From NCBI RefSeq assembly GCF_964355755.1, contig NC_092676.1, forward strand, positions 14,836,871-14,900,870: a stretch of DNA of 64,000 bases, written 5' to 3'. Shown here piece by piece: positions 36,714 through 50,915 of this stretch; positions within the stretch are counted from its first letter, which is position 1, and each line of letters starts with the position of its first letter. The notes beneath the pieces were generated by a model that saw only the letters and a list, made by a program, of their open reading frames with translations, made no database searches and had not been told where the DNA came from. The stretch comes from Antedon mediterranea. Lineage: Eukaryota; Animalia; Echinodermata. The translations under genes were made by a program, and so were the position numbers.

Positions 36714-39489
36714 CGTTAAACTGGTCCAAACCAGGAAAAACCTGCGTTTTTTTCTGTCAAAGTTTTCTTAATAAAATGTTCCACTAGGAATTGTCATCCA
36801 AATACAATAATCTTTGAAGCCATGCTTACCTTTTTTTCAAATCCAAGATGGCGTACAAAATTCAAAATGGCTGACCAAAATTATATTTAAACAATATTCA
36901 TATAATACTATTAAATATTCTTTCCCAACTTTCCTCGGCAAGCATGTATCTTTTAATTTAGAATGTAAGTTCAAATCCAAGATGTCCTTCAAAATCCAAG
37001 AGGGCCACCAACATTTTGAATGGCTGCTAAATTGACTTTTAATTGACATTTTGTTTTGCCTATTAAATTGCCTTTCTAAACTGTTTAGATTTTTTTCCCG
37101 TGGTTAACCACCACCTTTATTCATTCAATGTCATATATATTTGTTGTATACATCTTCTACTTGTATCTTCTTAGGCCTACTTACATATATATTCTGTTGT
37201 ATTCTGTTAAAAATCAATTTAACACATTTCCACAATCCATTCAATTTTTGGATTATTAGTATTTTTTGTTATAAATATGTATAGGCCTAATCATAGTCTA
37301 CTATTACAGTTGCATTTGTTTCTATCAAATAAATTCATTTAACAACAATGCTATTCTCTCTCTCTTAACTAATGATTACTACTTAATAATAACTATTTAA
37401 GCAACATGAACATAGTATTCTTCATTTAACATTGTTTTTTATTTTAAATACACCCACTTTTCAACAGAGTTTCTTTAACTTAATGTACATAAAACTCACA
37501 TGAAACTTAACGAACATTGCAAGTAGAACAAAAAAATAAGAAACCTTATGATAAGAGCGTAAAATATATAACGGCATGGAATATGGTATTAACAATCTTA
37601 GTACCAATATTGCACATTCCTTATGATTAGTTCATTATTATGAAAGACATTAATAAGATTGTTTTTATGTTTATTTTGTTTAAATTTACATATTGAGAAT
37701 TAAAAATAGCATGAAACTCAATATTCATAAATTGTATAGGGTAAAAAGCGACCATAACATTTCTTAATAAAAGTATCATTTCTTTAGGTTTATCGAAAAC
37801 CGAGACCACCCTAAGTATTGAGAAATGTTGATGGGTTCTCTACTCTATAGAACCCTATTATATAACTAAATATTGATAAGTTTTAGTGAGGCCACTCGTT
37901 TTTATAAAATCTCGAAAATATGAGGCTCCACCTAGCTAACACAATATTGAGAATTGTTAGTTGGAGGTCTCCATTTCAATTCAAGGTTTATAAAAACAAG
38001 GCCAACAGCCATTAAGTCGCGTGCTACAATGCATAGTGATACCGGACAGACAGACCGACAGACAGACCGACAGACAGACCGACAGACAGACCGACAGACA
38101 GACAGACCGACCGACTGACACAGTGAACTATACTGACCGAAATTACTGAACATGTTTAAAAATGTTGAAATGTTTAAAAACATTTATATTTTTTTAATTT
38201 ACACGTGCGTAGCCTGTCACTTTCGACGTGCTCGTATAACGTAATTTCGAGTTGAAAAGTAAGTCAAGAAAACAGAAATCGGGCAAAAAGAATGCGCAAT
38301 AACATTTAACGCGCAGTGCGCGCGCAAAAATATGCGCACTCATGGAAATTTTGTAAACGCTTAAAATTGCCTGAAACGTACTCTTATTTCATCGAAAATA
38401 AATTTTGAAAATTTTAAGCGCGCGTACGCATGCGTTACATGCGCTACGCAAGTAATTGTATTGCCATATGATGATTTATGCCCTGAAATTTATTAGTACC
38501 AAATTTTATTTAATTGTGATTCATGGTTGTTAAGATATGATTACAAACGTGATTTCGTTAAATCGTGCGTAGACCGCGTAATTTTTTATTGCGCACCGTG
38601 AAAACATAACCACATCGATTCCTGGCCATAAGGAATATTCTGTGAAAAATTGACTTAGCTAGATTAAACTGATATCAAGATAAGGTCAGAAAGCGATAAA
38701 ACGCATAGTGATACCGGACCGACAGACAGACCGACAGACAGACAGACAGACAGACAGACCGACCAACCGACCGACATAGTGAACTAGACGCCCGTATTCT
38801 TAAACCGGACTTTAGTCGTAGTTCGAGCTAAAACTTTAAAAATGACGTCATTTTAATTCATAAACCGAACTTCAACTAAATCGCCGACTAGTTCACGCCA
38901 ACCTCGACTAAATCGAGACGAATTTTGATCGATTTTTTTAGTCCTGGAGGGGGCAGGCTAAATGGTCGACTAAATAGTTTTTAAACGATGTTTATGAAAA
39001 CCGTAACAGTCATTGAGTTGTTATATTGGCCAGATATTGAAAAATGAAATATCTATTTTCATATTTAGCTTAATTAAGTATACATTGGTATAAGTTATAT
39101 TAATGAAAATAATCTTTATTTACAACCGTATACAAATTACATTATTTTCTTCGCGCAAGTCCGACTTGAACTACGTCACGCCATAGCGACAATGGCAGAT
39201 GCGGAAATTCACCACGCGATGGAATGTTTAGGGGGCCTAGCGCTTTCTTGTCACCCGATGAAGTGCGTGGTTTTTCGCGATCATACTTTGTTGGTGGCCT
39301 AGAAAATATAAAAGTTACCGTACCGCCATGGTTCCTGAATATATTTTGAATATTTTGTTTGTTGTTAATCAAAAGTACTTCACTGTTAAATTGATACTGA
39401 TCTTGTTCTAATAATTAATGATTACAATTACTTTTCATGTATATAGTCCTGATGCGTAAAAAGTGTTGTAAGAAAATGGAAAGTGATAT

Positions 39490-41562
39490 CAGCGTTGCCA
39501 GCGATAAAATTTAAATTATGCCGTATCCTGTCTCAAATAATGCCAGATTGGGAAAAATAATGCCAGATCCCCAAAATGTGGCCCTAAACAGCGCCACCAA
39601 CGGTTTTATGTCTAATAAACGTTTGTAAAACCCCAACTGACACAAAATAGGGCCTAAAATTGTATCCCCATGTCGTACAAAATTTATATTTTTAGTTTTG
39701 TGAGTAATAACTAATAATTCTAAATATCTGGGGTGCGAAAGTGGTAATTGCAAATGACAACAACACCAACCCCACCCCCCTCCCCCACCCAAAAAAAAAA
39801 AAAACCTGTTACACACAGCCATGGAAATTTATAATTTTTGAACTGAAATATGAGAGCTGCTCGATGGCCGGGATCTTTGCACTTAATTTCAAATATGAAA
39901 GGATCTTAGCCCACCATAATTAGAAAATAGCAATTATAATTTGAAATAGGAAATAAAAAAAATTATTTTGAGTGTCTCCAGGACCTCAGCCCCACCATGG
40001 TTGATAAGAAAATTTGGAAAAAAATACCTACTCGATGGCCGGAAATGGCACTTAATTTAAAATATGAAAAAAAATATATTTATTAGTGTCTCCATGATCT
40101 TAGCCCACCATAGTTCGAAAATGGCAATTATAATTTAAAATAGGAAATCAAAATATATATTAATTGTGTCTCCAGGATCTCAACCCCACCATGGTTGGGG
40201 CTGAGGTAAGAAAATATGAAAAAAATAGAGCTGCTCAATGGTCGGAAATGGCACTTAATTTCAAATATAAAATAAAAATATATTTATTAGTATACCTCCA
40301 GGATCTTAGCCCATGATAGTTTTGAAAGTGCCAATTATAATTTAAAATAGGAAATAAAAATATATATTAAGTGTTTTCAGGACCTCAGCCCCACCATGGT
40401 TGGGGCTGAGGTAAAACAAATTGGAAAAATAGAGCTGCTAGATGGCCGGAAATATAATGGCACTTAATTTAAAATATGAAATCAAAATATATTTATTAGT
40501 GTCTCCATGATCTTAGCCCACCATAGTTCGAAATTGGCAATTATAATTTAAAATAGGAAATCAAAATATATATTAATTGTGTCTCCAGGACCTCAACCCC
40601 ACCATGGTTGGGGCTGAGGTAAGAAAATATGAAAAAAATAGAGCTGCTCACTCAATGGCCGGAAATGGCACTTAATTTCAAATGTGAAATAAAAATATAT
40701 TTATTAGTACCTCCAGGATCTTAGCCCATGATAGTTTTGAAAGTGCCAATTATAATTTAAAATAGGAAATAAAAATATATATTAAGTGTTTCCAGGACCT
40801 CAGCCCCACCATGGTTGGGGCTGAGGTAAAACAAATTGGAAAAATAAAGCTGCTAGATGGCCGGAAATTGCACTTAATTTTAAATAAAAATGTATAAGAG
40901 TCCCTAGGACCTCGCCCCATCATGGTCACTGAGAGGTGAAGAACATTTTGAAATATAGGGTTGCTACGACGATGCAAATGGAACATAATTTGAAATATGG
41001 AAAACAAATTCTCTAGAAGAAATTCTTTTTAAAATTAGAGCTTCTAGTTACCGGAAATTGCCATTTTAAGGGTTGGGGTAGGGGTGTGGCCACTTATAAT
41101 TATGAACTGAAAAAACAAAACCCCTTTCATAATGTTTTCGTTCAATTGTCTCTATATCTGGGGATCCAATAACCCGCATGGTCTCTGAAATAGAGCAACA
41201 TAATTGGCCAATAGCTAGCCTCTTCGGATTTGTTGTGCTGCCTATATCGCACACACGGTAGTTTTCGAGCAGCCTCCCTATCCGAAGAGTCGATGAAGTC
41301 CGAAACGAAAGGATGGAAGAACTATTGTACGGAAAATCCGAACAGATCTGTTTTTTACGATATGATATTGTGTAAGGTGATATGTATTAACAAAATATTT
41401 TATTTTTGTTCTGTGGTATATTATTTTTTTGGTTGTTCAAAAAACACAAAATTATGCCAGATTATGCTAAAAACGGCTAAATAATGCCGCGGCATTATGC
41501 CAGATGCCGTGGGCCTCCAAATAATGCCAAAAAGCATAATAATGCCAGAAATGGCAACTATG
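39490..41562. mobile_element. hAT non-autonomous element
   Basis: cagcgttgcca...tggcaactatg ends; exact 8-bp TSD AGTGATAT; (a)taatgcc subterminal repeats. Confidence 0.85.
39860..40920. repeat. Dimeric ~240-bp satellite-like array inside the hAT element
   Basis: Alternating gatcttagccca.. and cctcagccccaccatggttggggctgagg monomers. Confidence 0.8.
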
Positions 41563-42759
41563 AGTGATATCAATGCGCAAAATTTCGTCTGCTCTTCAAA
41601 TACTCTCTTGTCATTGGCCAATGAATAGCCTTTGTTACCCAGACGTGTGCAACTCGACTAAAAGCTCGACTTCATTAAGTCGAACTGCAAACTTCGACTA
41701 CTTCGTTTTTTAATCGAATTTGAAGTAATAGCTCGAACTACGACTTTTTCAAGTCGAACTTCGAACTACGACTAAAGTCCGGTTTAAGAATACGGGCGAT
41801 AGAGTCGCTTCCACGCGACTAAAAAACAGAGACCATCATACAACACAATATTGTGTAAGGCTTTTACAATTCATCGCGAGCAGGACATGTAATGTTATAG
41901 TCCGGTGGCAGGAGGGGGAATCACCACCCGAAAGGGGACAAATTGCTATCCAACTTTTCTAGACCACAATTTTCCGTAAATTACGAATATGGAAGGTAAT
42001 CGACCAGGATAGGAAGCGTTTTCGGGATATAAGGGTCAAAGTTCAAAATTGACCAATTACAACAATGTATTATGTATTATGTATTATAACCAATTTATTG
42101 AAGTTCAATTTGGTCGTTTAATACATTTGTATATAGATTATATAGATATCTATTCAGTCGCCTTATAAAACAAATACTTTGCAATTAAAGGTCAAATGTC
42201 AATATTGACCAATCACAAAATTTGCATAAAAAACCAAATAAAAACTAAAATTTAAGACAAAATGTTATGTTTTATCATACTATTAAGATATCAGTCATAC
42301 ACAATCAACGGAGCACATTCATCATTACACCAGTTGACATAGGTCAAAGGTCAACATTTGAACAAGTGATAATACTAAATAATGCAAAGTTATTCAAACT
42401 ATGAGATCGATCGTTATTTGATCAGTGAAGTTATGGTATTTTTTCTAGTGCGCATTATTTTAAATGTATTATAATACTGTAAAATAAATAATAAAATTAA
42501 TATTATGACTGTTAAAATGTTATTATGTTAAAATGTTACGCTGACCTTCAATGATTTGCCACTACACAGTTGCATTTATTAGGGCTACAATATTCGTTTT
42601 TGGAAAATAAACTACTATTCATCAGAACCAAAGAATACCAATTCGTCCACAGGGTAGGGCATAGGCAGATCCAGGTGGCCAAACTCAATCCACAACTCAC
42701 TACATAGACAGACCACAATTTTTATATAGATTAGCCACAGATAGTTTGGCCCATACAGG

Positions 42760-43515
42760 AAAGAGTTGCCTGTACACAAAGGATTCTAAAATAACCCATA
42801 TGGATTTGCCCGAATGAGCCCTCTAAGGACTCTTTTGGAAACTCTATATATACTTATAGCCAAGTCCCGGTCCTTCATGGATGGACATTAAGCCCCATAA
42901 TGGAAATATAATGGGTGACACTGTGGGTTCATATAGACAGGCGGGGCCCATGGAATAAAGCTGGCTGTGCACTCTCGATCCTTAAGGAACACTTATGGAT
43001 TTGCCCAAAATAACCACAAAATGGACATATGAGGGGTGACACTATGGGTTAATAGACAGGCGGGGCCCTCCATGGAATAAAGCTGCATGTGCACTCTCGA
43101 TCCTTTAGGAACACTTATATGTATTTGCCCTAATTAATCCAATGGCCGGTCCTCCGTGGACATTTAAGCCCCATAATGGAAATATAAGGGGTGACAATGT
43201 GGGTTTATATAGACAGGCACATGGAATAAAGCTGCCTGTGCACTCTCGATCCTTAAGGAACCCATATGGATCTTTCCTAAAATGAAACAACAGGTCATCT
43301 ATTTACACCCTTCTGTGGTTCTCTACTGTATGTTCAGTTCCACATTTGGTTCCTGTATCGGATCAATGCATTTGGCTACATTTAAGTTACCGTACTGTGT
43401 TAGAAATATATCGGGTAACTAAAAATCCAAGATTAAGCCATGGGAAAAGCCTGTCTCTGTACACTCTCAATCATTTTAAAAGGAACCCATGTGGATTTGC
43501 CAAAATGAACCAAGA
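42760..43515. repeat. Degenerate tandem repeats
   Basis: gcactctcgatccttaaggaac...atggatttgccc recurs about five times. Confidence 0.7.
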
Positions 43516-45024
43516 GTAACTTCTGGATTCTCTGTGAGCCGTACATTCCGTTTAATTAGAGATACATGGATACCTGAATGACATTTCTCAAATGTTTCTG
43601 AAAGACATTGTACTGTATAGTAGTAGTAGTCTTCCGATTCCACACCTCTTTGAATTAAATCCGCCCCGATAGGCTCTTATGTACAGGATTTCAAAGCAAT
43701 AATCACACTTGTATTTTTCAAACATTTAATCTATTAGATTTAATAAAAATATCTATTATAAACGTTAGAAATCTCTATTCCATGTCGTTATTTAGATGAG
43801 AAAAACATGTCAAAGGTTAAAATTACAGAAAAATATTATATGTTTCAGTCACTTTTTGAAAAAAAATGTTGAATTATGGCAAGTATAGACAGATATATTG
43901 TGAATAATTTGACACAAAAATTGGCTCCAAAAGACAAATATTTATTAACTATATATAAATTATAAATATAAATTCTGACATAGGCGAGCACAATGCAAAA
44001 ACTTCGGTACAAATCTCCGCCTTGGATACCTACCTTATCTATCTCAGATGTACCGCGAAACGTAGATTTGAGCATTAGTTTTCACATCAACGCTATTGTT
44101 CCATATTTCTATCTTAGGAAGATATTATAAAGAATTTTTTAACACGATTTATGATTTCAACAGTAGATTTTCAACTCAATTTCAATTCTTCGCGGGTCAA
44201 AGTAATTTCCGGGTTCACCTTGCAACAACCCGGTTTCAACTATTTTCTCTCTTTTATACACAAGGGAGCAGTTAAAATAATATATTTGACCCTAAAGGCG
44301 ACTGGAAACAGGCACTTTCCATATATCAATCAATACAGTGTTCCTTTGGAAGAAGGAAGAAAAAAACCGATAGTAGGACTGGAGCTTAAGTTGCATAGCC
44401 ATTTCAGTTTTTTGTTTATTTTAGGAACGGACCGCGCGTGTGTGAAGGTACAGTAGTTAAAAAATATTATACTGCAAATTAATAAAGATCAAATTAAATA
44501 TACGCCATAAAGAATCGGAATATATTGTGGGCAATAGTATATAAAATTACATAGGGAGATTTGATGATAAGACATTTTGTTTAAAATCGAGTAAAATCCC
44601 GATAGTTGATTGAGTAAGCTGGCAGGAATAACTGTAGTGTAGGCTATCTGTGTCCCGTTAGGACCGAGATGTCTGCCCATGTTGCAAGCCGTAATGTCTT
44701 CTTTCTTGGGCCCCCTCTGTCACAGCAGTTAGTTTAAAACGATGTTTAAATTAAATAATGTATTAATAATTATTAGGATGGTATTTATTTGAATAAACGC
44801 CTCTACAATAAAACATCACTTTGAATAATAATCATTATACTATTTGTAGTAGAATTCATCGCACTGTTATCTACAATTTACCAAGCATTTGTTATTCATT
44901 TTTACCACTTTTCATATCTATTAGAGGATTTCATTTGATTATAAATGTTACCATATTATTAAAACTAAAAAAAGTAACATATCCCTCGAATAAGCACCCC
45001 CCTCAAATGAACTCCGCCTCCCCA

Positions 45025-46548
45025 AAGTGGTGGCGCCAGCGGGGGGGCTACGGGGGCTCTAGCCCCCTCGTCGGGGAGCCTAGCCCCCCCCCCCCTCGGG
45101 GAACACGGGTACTTTTTGTCGGGGAATATAATATATATAATATTCATTATTGCCAGCGATCTAGCTTACGACTAAACATTAGCTAGGTACGCGCACTTGT
45201 CTGGCGGTATCCCTTTGTACGAATCGTTTAACGTTGGGTCGAGACGCGTGATATCAAGTTCCATCGAGGGACCAAATGTGTAATGTAGTTATTTTCCAGG
45301 CGAAGTTTACCGACGGTTACCGAAGGGAACACGGGTACTTTTTGTCGGGGAATATAATATACAGTAAAAAGCGTTCGCGTTCACTTCGTAGCTAGCTTCA
45401 GCGCCTAGAAAACCGCGACGTTTCATTGACTGTGAGAGTACGTCAGAGTGATATTATGCACTTTATATGCATTCATTATTGCCAGCGATCTAACTTATTA
45501 CTAAACAATAGCTAGGTTCGCACTTGTCTGGCGGTATCCCTTTGTACGAATCGTTCAACGTTGGGTCGAGACGCGTGATATCATGTTCCATCAAGGGACC
45601 AAAATGTGTACTGTAGTTACTTTCCAGGCGAAGTTTACTGACGGTTACGTCGTGTACTGCGTCGACGACGTACGCTACACTACAGCAAAAACGAATTATG
45701 TTAATTGTTCGTATGTTCACCAATTTTTTAATTTACAAGTAACCTTCTGTACCGTGGGGCACCTAAAATAAATTGTTCATCCATTACTAAACAAAAAAAC
45801 ATGCCATTTTCGCTTAGCCAACATCTTATATTATAGCTAAAAGTTATTACATTTTCAATGTCCTGTATGTCATGAATTTCTCACCACTCGGAAGTCCAGA
45901 TGGTACGCACGCATACACTTGGGAGGAATAAACTTATTTCCCCGACTGAAAAAGGTCTACGCTTGCGTTTTTTAAGCCTCTAGGCCTGATGTTTCCAAAG
46001 TATAAAATGCAATTTTTTGAAGACCTGCAGCTCTAGTTTTAAACAGTTTCTTAGCTCAGCCCCAACAATAAAGCTGGTCATATTTCGAAGTACGAGAAGT
46101 GCATTTTCCGGGACCTAACATCTCTATTTTTCAAACATTTCTTAGCTCAGTCACAACCATGATAGGGACTTATATATTTTGTTTCATGTTTTGAAGTATA
46201 ATAAGTCCAATTTCCGGGACCTCCAACTCTATTTTTCTAAATTTTCTTTGAACTTTTATTTTTTAAATTGAAAAATATGGATTGAAACAGTCATCGCGCA
46301 TCGTTTTTTTGCACGCAGTATTTTATTTATGCATTATAAAAAATGGAAAAAATGGCTACCCTAAATCTGATTAAAATGACCTCAAATGACGCTAGAACGC
46401 GTTGCTTCCGGGGGCGAAGCCCCCTGGACCCCCACCGGGGGCCCTTGGCGGCCCCTGTCCCCCAGCCTAGTGATGCTCGTTTCGCTCGCATAGCCCCCTC
46501 GTCGGGGAATGTAGCCCCCGCGTCGGGAAGATCCTGACGCCACCCCTG
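45025..46548. mobile_element. hAT-like element with GC-rich ends
   Basis: agtggtggcgccag...ctgacgccacccctg; ccaaag on both flanks; internal duplication 45098-45650. Confidence 0.6.
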
Positions 46549-47243
46549 CCAAAGGGCCCTACCAAACAAAACATACTTTAACATTTTATTAATCATCTAA
46601 AACACTGTGAAACAGAGTAGTTTAGTTTTACGAATACGAATGTCAAGCATTTTCAATAATGGTAACCGACAGAAAACGTACAAGGAGAACATTTTTATCA
46701 TTCCGAGAACCATCGTCTACACTTCCTAGAGGGGGAGCGAGCTCACCCTCTAGTATTTATTAATTTATGTTATTATAACCTTATTCAATTATGTCAACGG
46801 TCAATAACCACACTTCCGGTCATTTTCATGCAATATCATCTGTTATACTGAATATAAATGTATATCTTGGGAACTATTTGCTCCTATTTTTTATTCTCTC
46901 CGACCTGCAGTTACTTAGATATAGCGAATAGAGGTCAAAGGTCAAAAGGTTAAAAAATGGGGTTTCCGGTTAATTTTACAAAGAAACTTATGTTAGAGCT
47001 AATATAAATATATACATTTTGAACAATTTGACACCAAAATTATCTCATTACATCCAGTATTTCCAGAGATATAACATGTTATATAAAAAAAATAGCGGCC
47101 ATTTTGTTTATGCTAATTATGCAAATTGCTCAAAATCCATCAAAAAAAAAATATAGAAAACATTGCATGGTTAAACCCCTTGGCTGCCGGACTATAGGTA
47201 CGTTCTATGAATTGTCAATATTGACATTAATTTTGACCCTTAA

Positions 47244-50200
47244 AATGGATATGAAAGGATTTTAAAATTTCACAAAAATTACTTTGTATGTATCCTTTTA
47301 ATGTTAATAAACAGCACACAAAAAATTAGATTCAAATACCTAGTAGAAATTGAGAAATAAACAAATTAAATTTTGGTATAAAACGTCCGCAAAATGGCCG
47401 ACCAACTGGCACGCCATCTTAATTTTATGAACGTTCTATACGCACGTACGAGATCGTCAAATTTAGAGTTTGAAACACCCGGGGTTGTAGCCACGGCAGC
47501 AGTCGTTTTGTGATTGGTTAATGAATTTTAATACAGTCCAATCACCGCCTTGTCTCGTTCGCGGACTGTGTGTGGTGTAAACAAACCCATCCTCCTACAC
47601 GAGACTCGCGTGTTGCAAGCTCCCTGTTGCTGCACAGTCGTAGAAAATATCGATATTTCACAAATCAATAAAAAGTTATGTCTGCAAAGATTGTACGTGA
47701 AAAGAAGAAAGTGTGTATTTGTACTTCTCACACTAAACCACTCACGCAGACTACAAATTAGGCTAGGTCTAGTAGACTATAGTTTCTTCTAAATTCGCTA
47801 GTAGTAGGCTAGGCCTACACATGGTCCATGGAGTTAATCCATGGTCTACAGTACAAGAGAGTACTGTAGTAGTCGCCGGTCCACCGACGAACCTTCAGGA
47901 AGTGGACAAGGCGCGGGCGTAGACGTATGTAAAAGGCGACGTAAATAAAAAAGGTAAGCTTGTGTTGAACTTGTTTTTGGCTCTGACTTTTGTTATTGAC
48001 TAATATAGTAATATAATAATACTAATAATTAAAGTAGAGCAGAGGTGAGGCAGAGAGGATTATTATAGTTTAGTTAGGAACTGTAGTGTAATTAAATAAT
48101 AACCTCTTTCTGTTTGTTACCAAGTCATAAAATATAATACTATAGTATAGGGCCTAGAGGTAGGATTGAATAAAAATAATAGTTCATTTCCATCCATTTA
48201 TTGGTCTTATCTTTGCAGATTTATGGAATCAACAGTACATGAGATGGCTTTGAAGAACTGTAATAGTACTACTGTAGTAATAAAATTGTAAACATCAAAT
48301 TATATGGCAGAAATAGTGTGTGGAATGAATTTTATTGAATATATGTATCATAATGAGTTTGGAACAAGCAGGATTTTTCAAACGGGACATAAATTACTTT
48401 TGAGACCTGAGTGATACATTTTAATTCTATCAACACCAGCCAGCTCCATCATATTCAAGAGATGGATTCTTTCATAAATGTCCATTGTACATAGTATTTG
48501 GCTAAATAAATAAAAAAAGAAGTACAGTAGTGGTTTATTTGTTTACATACCCAGACCCATTTAGATGGTTAAAAACAAACACTATATGTACTGTCTGGTA
48601 GTACATTACCATAGTTACAGTATGACTGTAACCCTAGCACTCGCGTCTAAAGAATTCTATTATGCATATTTTACTATTCTTCATAAATATTTAGTTCTGT
48701 AATTTTAATTGTCTGCGCTCATTCTATACTTGGTGTCTTAGTATACTGCATAAATGTATCGTGCAAGCATGATCCAAGTAGCATCTATTATAAAGTACGC
48801 TGGGCATCTTTCTATTCACCTGAAAAAAGGAAAATGAATAAGCACATGTTTATCTGCCCTCAAAACAAAATAATAATTTAGTATAATGTATTATGTAGGT
48901 TTGATCAACAGTTTAAAATAGCAATGCTCAGTATCTGTTACCTTAATATTATAATTTGACTCTAACATTTCCGCTTCCATTCCAATCACTAAATACATTT
49001 GCTTATCCCGTCCATCAATTATCATAGTTGCACTCCAATTATAGACCTGTAGGTAGGTAAAAATACAAATGAATTGTTTATTTACTGTATACTGTACTGT
49101 ATATGATACAAGCTGAAATACCCCTAACTAGGCCTGGCCTGTTATAACCTTTATTACTACATTAGAGAAAATCCACCTCTATTCATTTTATTGGGAATCA
49201 TAATATTTAGTATTCAGTGTTGCCTAGCCTAGCTAGGTAGGCCCTAGGGCGGCCTGTAATAACAAAAAAATATTTTAATAATGCGTTAGTCAGGACACTA
49301 CAGCACACAACAATATTAATAAACGTACTTATAAATAATGTGTATATACATAATACAGTAACACAATTGTGCCTACCATTAACACCCTCAACGATACATC
49401 AAGGAGCATACGCTCTCAGCTCACCTCTGGCCGGGCGGCGATTTTTTTTTTCGTACATAAGTTGGGGACCCCATCATGAAACGTCACAAAATAAACATGA
49501 ATAATTCATCAGTTAAATTTTCTTGTTCCGTGTGCACCCAAGCGTATAGCAACAAGAAGTGATTACACAAGTGCGGTACGATTCTAGGCCTATCTCCGCT
49601 GTGGTTGCCGCGTGCGATTTCATAATAGAATAGCGGAGTTTTGTGTGGATTGTCGAAATAATCAGCCTTTAGTTTATGGTGTTTTTAATATAGTTTATTA
49701 CTAAAGAATTACGTGTTAAAATTATAGTTTCTATTGATACTATTAGGCCTATTCTTCAACAGCGGAGATAGGCCTAGAATCGTACCGCACTTGTGTAATC
49801 ACTTCTTGTTGCTATACGCTTGGGTGCACACGGAACAAGAAAATTTAACTGATGAATTATTCATGTTTATTGTGTGACGTTTCATGAGGGGGTCCCCAAC
49901 TTATGTACGAAAAAAAAAATCGCGGCCGGGCGACTAAACACCGTATCCAGCAGTCATCACTACTAAAAAGGCCTAGCCCCTAGGCCTAGCTAGCTCCAGG
50001 CCATGGCATTGTCAAAACACCATTTACTCGTCCAACCGTTTCTTCAAAACGATGTTAACACCCGTGTTAACAAGACGATGTGGACGAATTTCCATCAATT
50101 TCAGTTAATTACAACGAAATAATAATAAAATGAATGTTTCAATAATACGTGTATAGCGAAATAAACATCGCTCGCGAGAGGAGGGTGAGGGTCGAGAGTG

Positions 50201-50647
50201 AGGCCAAGGTGGTCGACTCTGTGATTCTCACGCATGCGCAAAATAACTCCGTGTACCCAGCAAGATAGGCATTTGGCTATGAATTTCGTAAAAGATGGCC
50301 TTGAAAAACGAAATTAAAATCCGTTTAAAAAAAAACATGGTTGATAATATGAATTAATTTTATTCGATTAGGCTAACATACTTATCCAAGAATAAAAATA
50401 TCAAAGCGATAAGTAATTACTACCATGCTTTTGCATCAATCAATGATTTACTGCTAAATTCCTATCTCTGTAATACAAAAATAACTTTTAGTGACGTCAC
50501 AAAAAGTTTTTCACAGGTTTCTCAGGGGCGTTTTGAGGGCGTTGTCGTCCTCCAAAACATTAAGTATGACTATGGCAAGCTTAAAACTGATTGATCTACA
50601 CGTTGAGCCAATAAAATGATATTGCTAGGAACCCTTTCATATCCATT
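47244..50647. mobile_element. Kolobok-like TIR element
   Basis: Perfect 15-bp TIR AATGGATATGAAAGG, purine-purine start, TTAA TSD both sides. Confidence 0.75.
49438..49923. mobile_element. MULE-type MITE
   Basis: ~165-bp near-perfect TIRs, G...C ends, exact 9-bp TSD GGCCGGGCG. Confidence 0.9.
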
Positions 50648-50915
50648 TTAATCACAAAGGGATTTTTTTTATAAGATGATTAAAAATAGATACCTATAAT
50701 CTTGAAAATGTAATAAAAGACCAAATTGTGCTTTAATAAATTTGTTATAGGCCTACATATACATAATACATGAACTATTACTATACAATATTATGATAAA
50801 TCAGTCCAAGGTCAATAACTTTACTTCCGGTCACAAAATTTTGCATTACAATAAAGATAAATATGTATGTGGTCTCAGCAATTTGAGACCATTTTAAAAT
50901 TTCAATGACCAGCCG

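Larger units (their letters stand above)
38788..41799. mobile_element. TIR transposon, Harbinger-like
   Basis: Perfect 38-bp TIR cgcccgtattcttaaaccggactttagtcgtagttcga; TAG on both flanks. Confidence 0.8.
37992..41826 (-). mobile_element. HINE/DINE-1-like element split by a 3-kb insertion
   Basis: 38130-38786 is the reverse complement of the 50916 copy; its 5' end resumes at 41800. Confidence 0.85.

Noticed and set aside
47244-50647. piggyBac assignment for the TTAA-flanked element
   Set aside because: Termini begin AA, not the CCY typical of piggyBac
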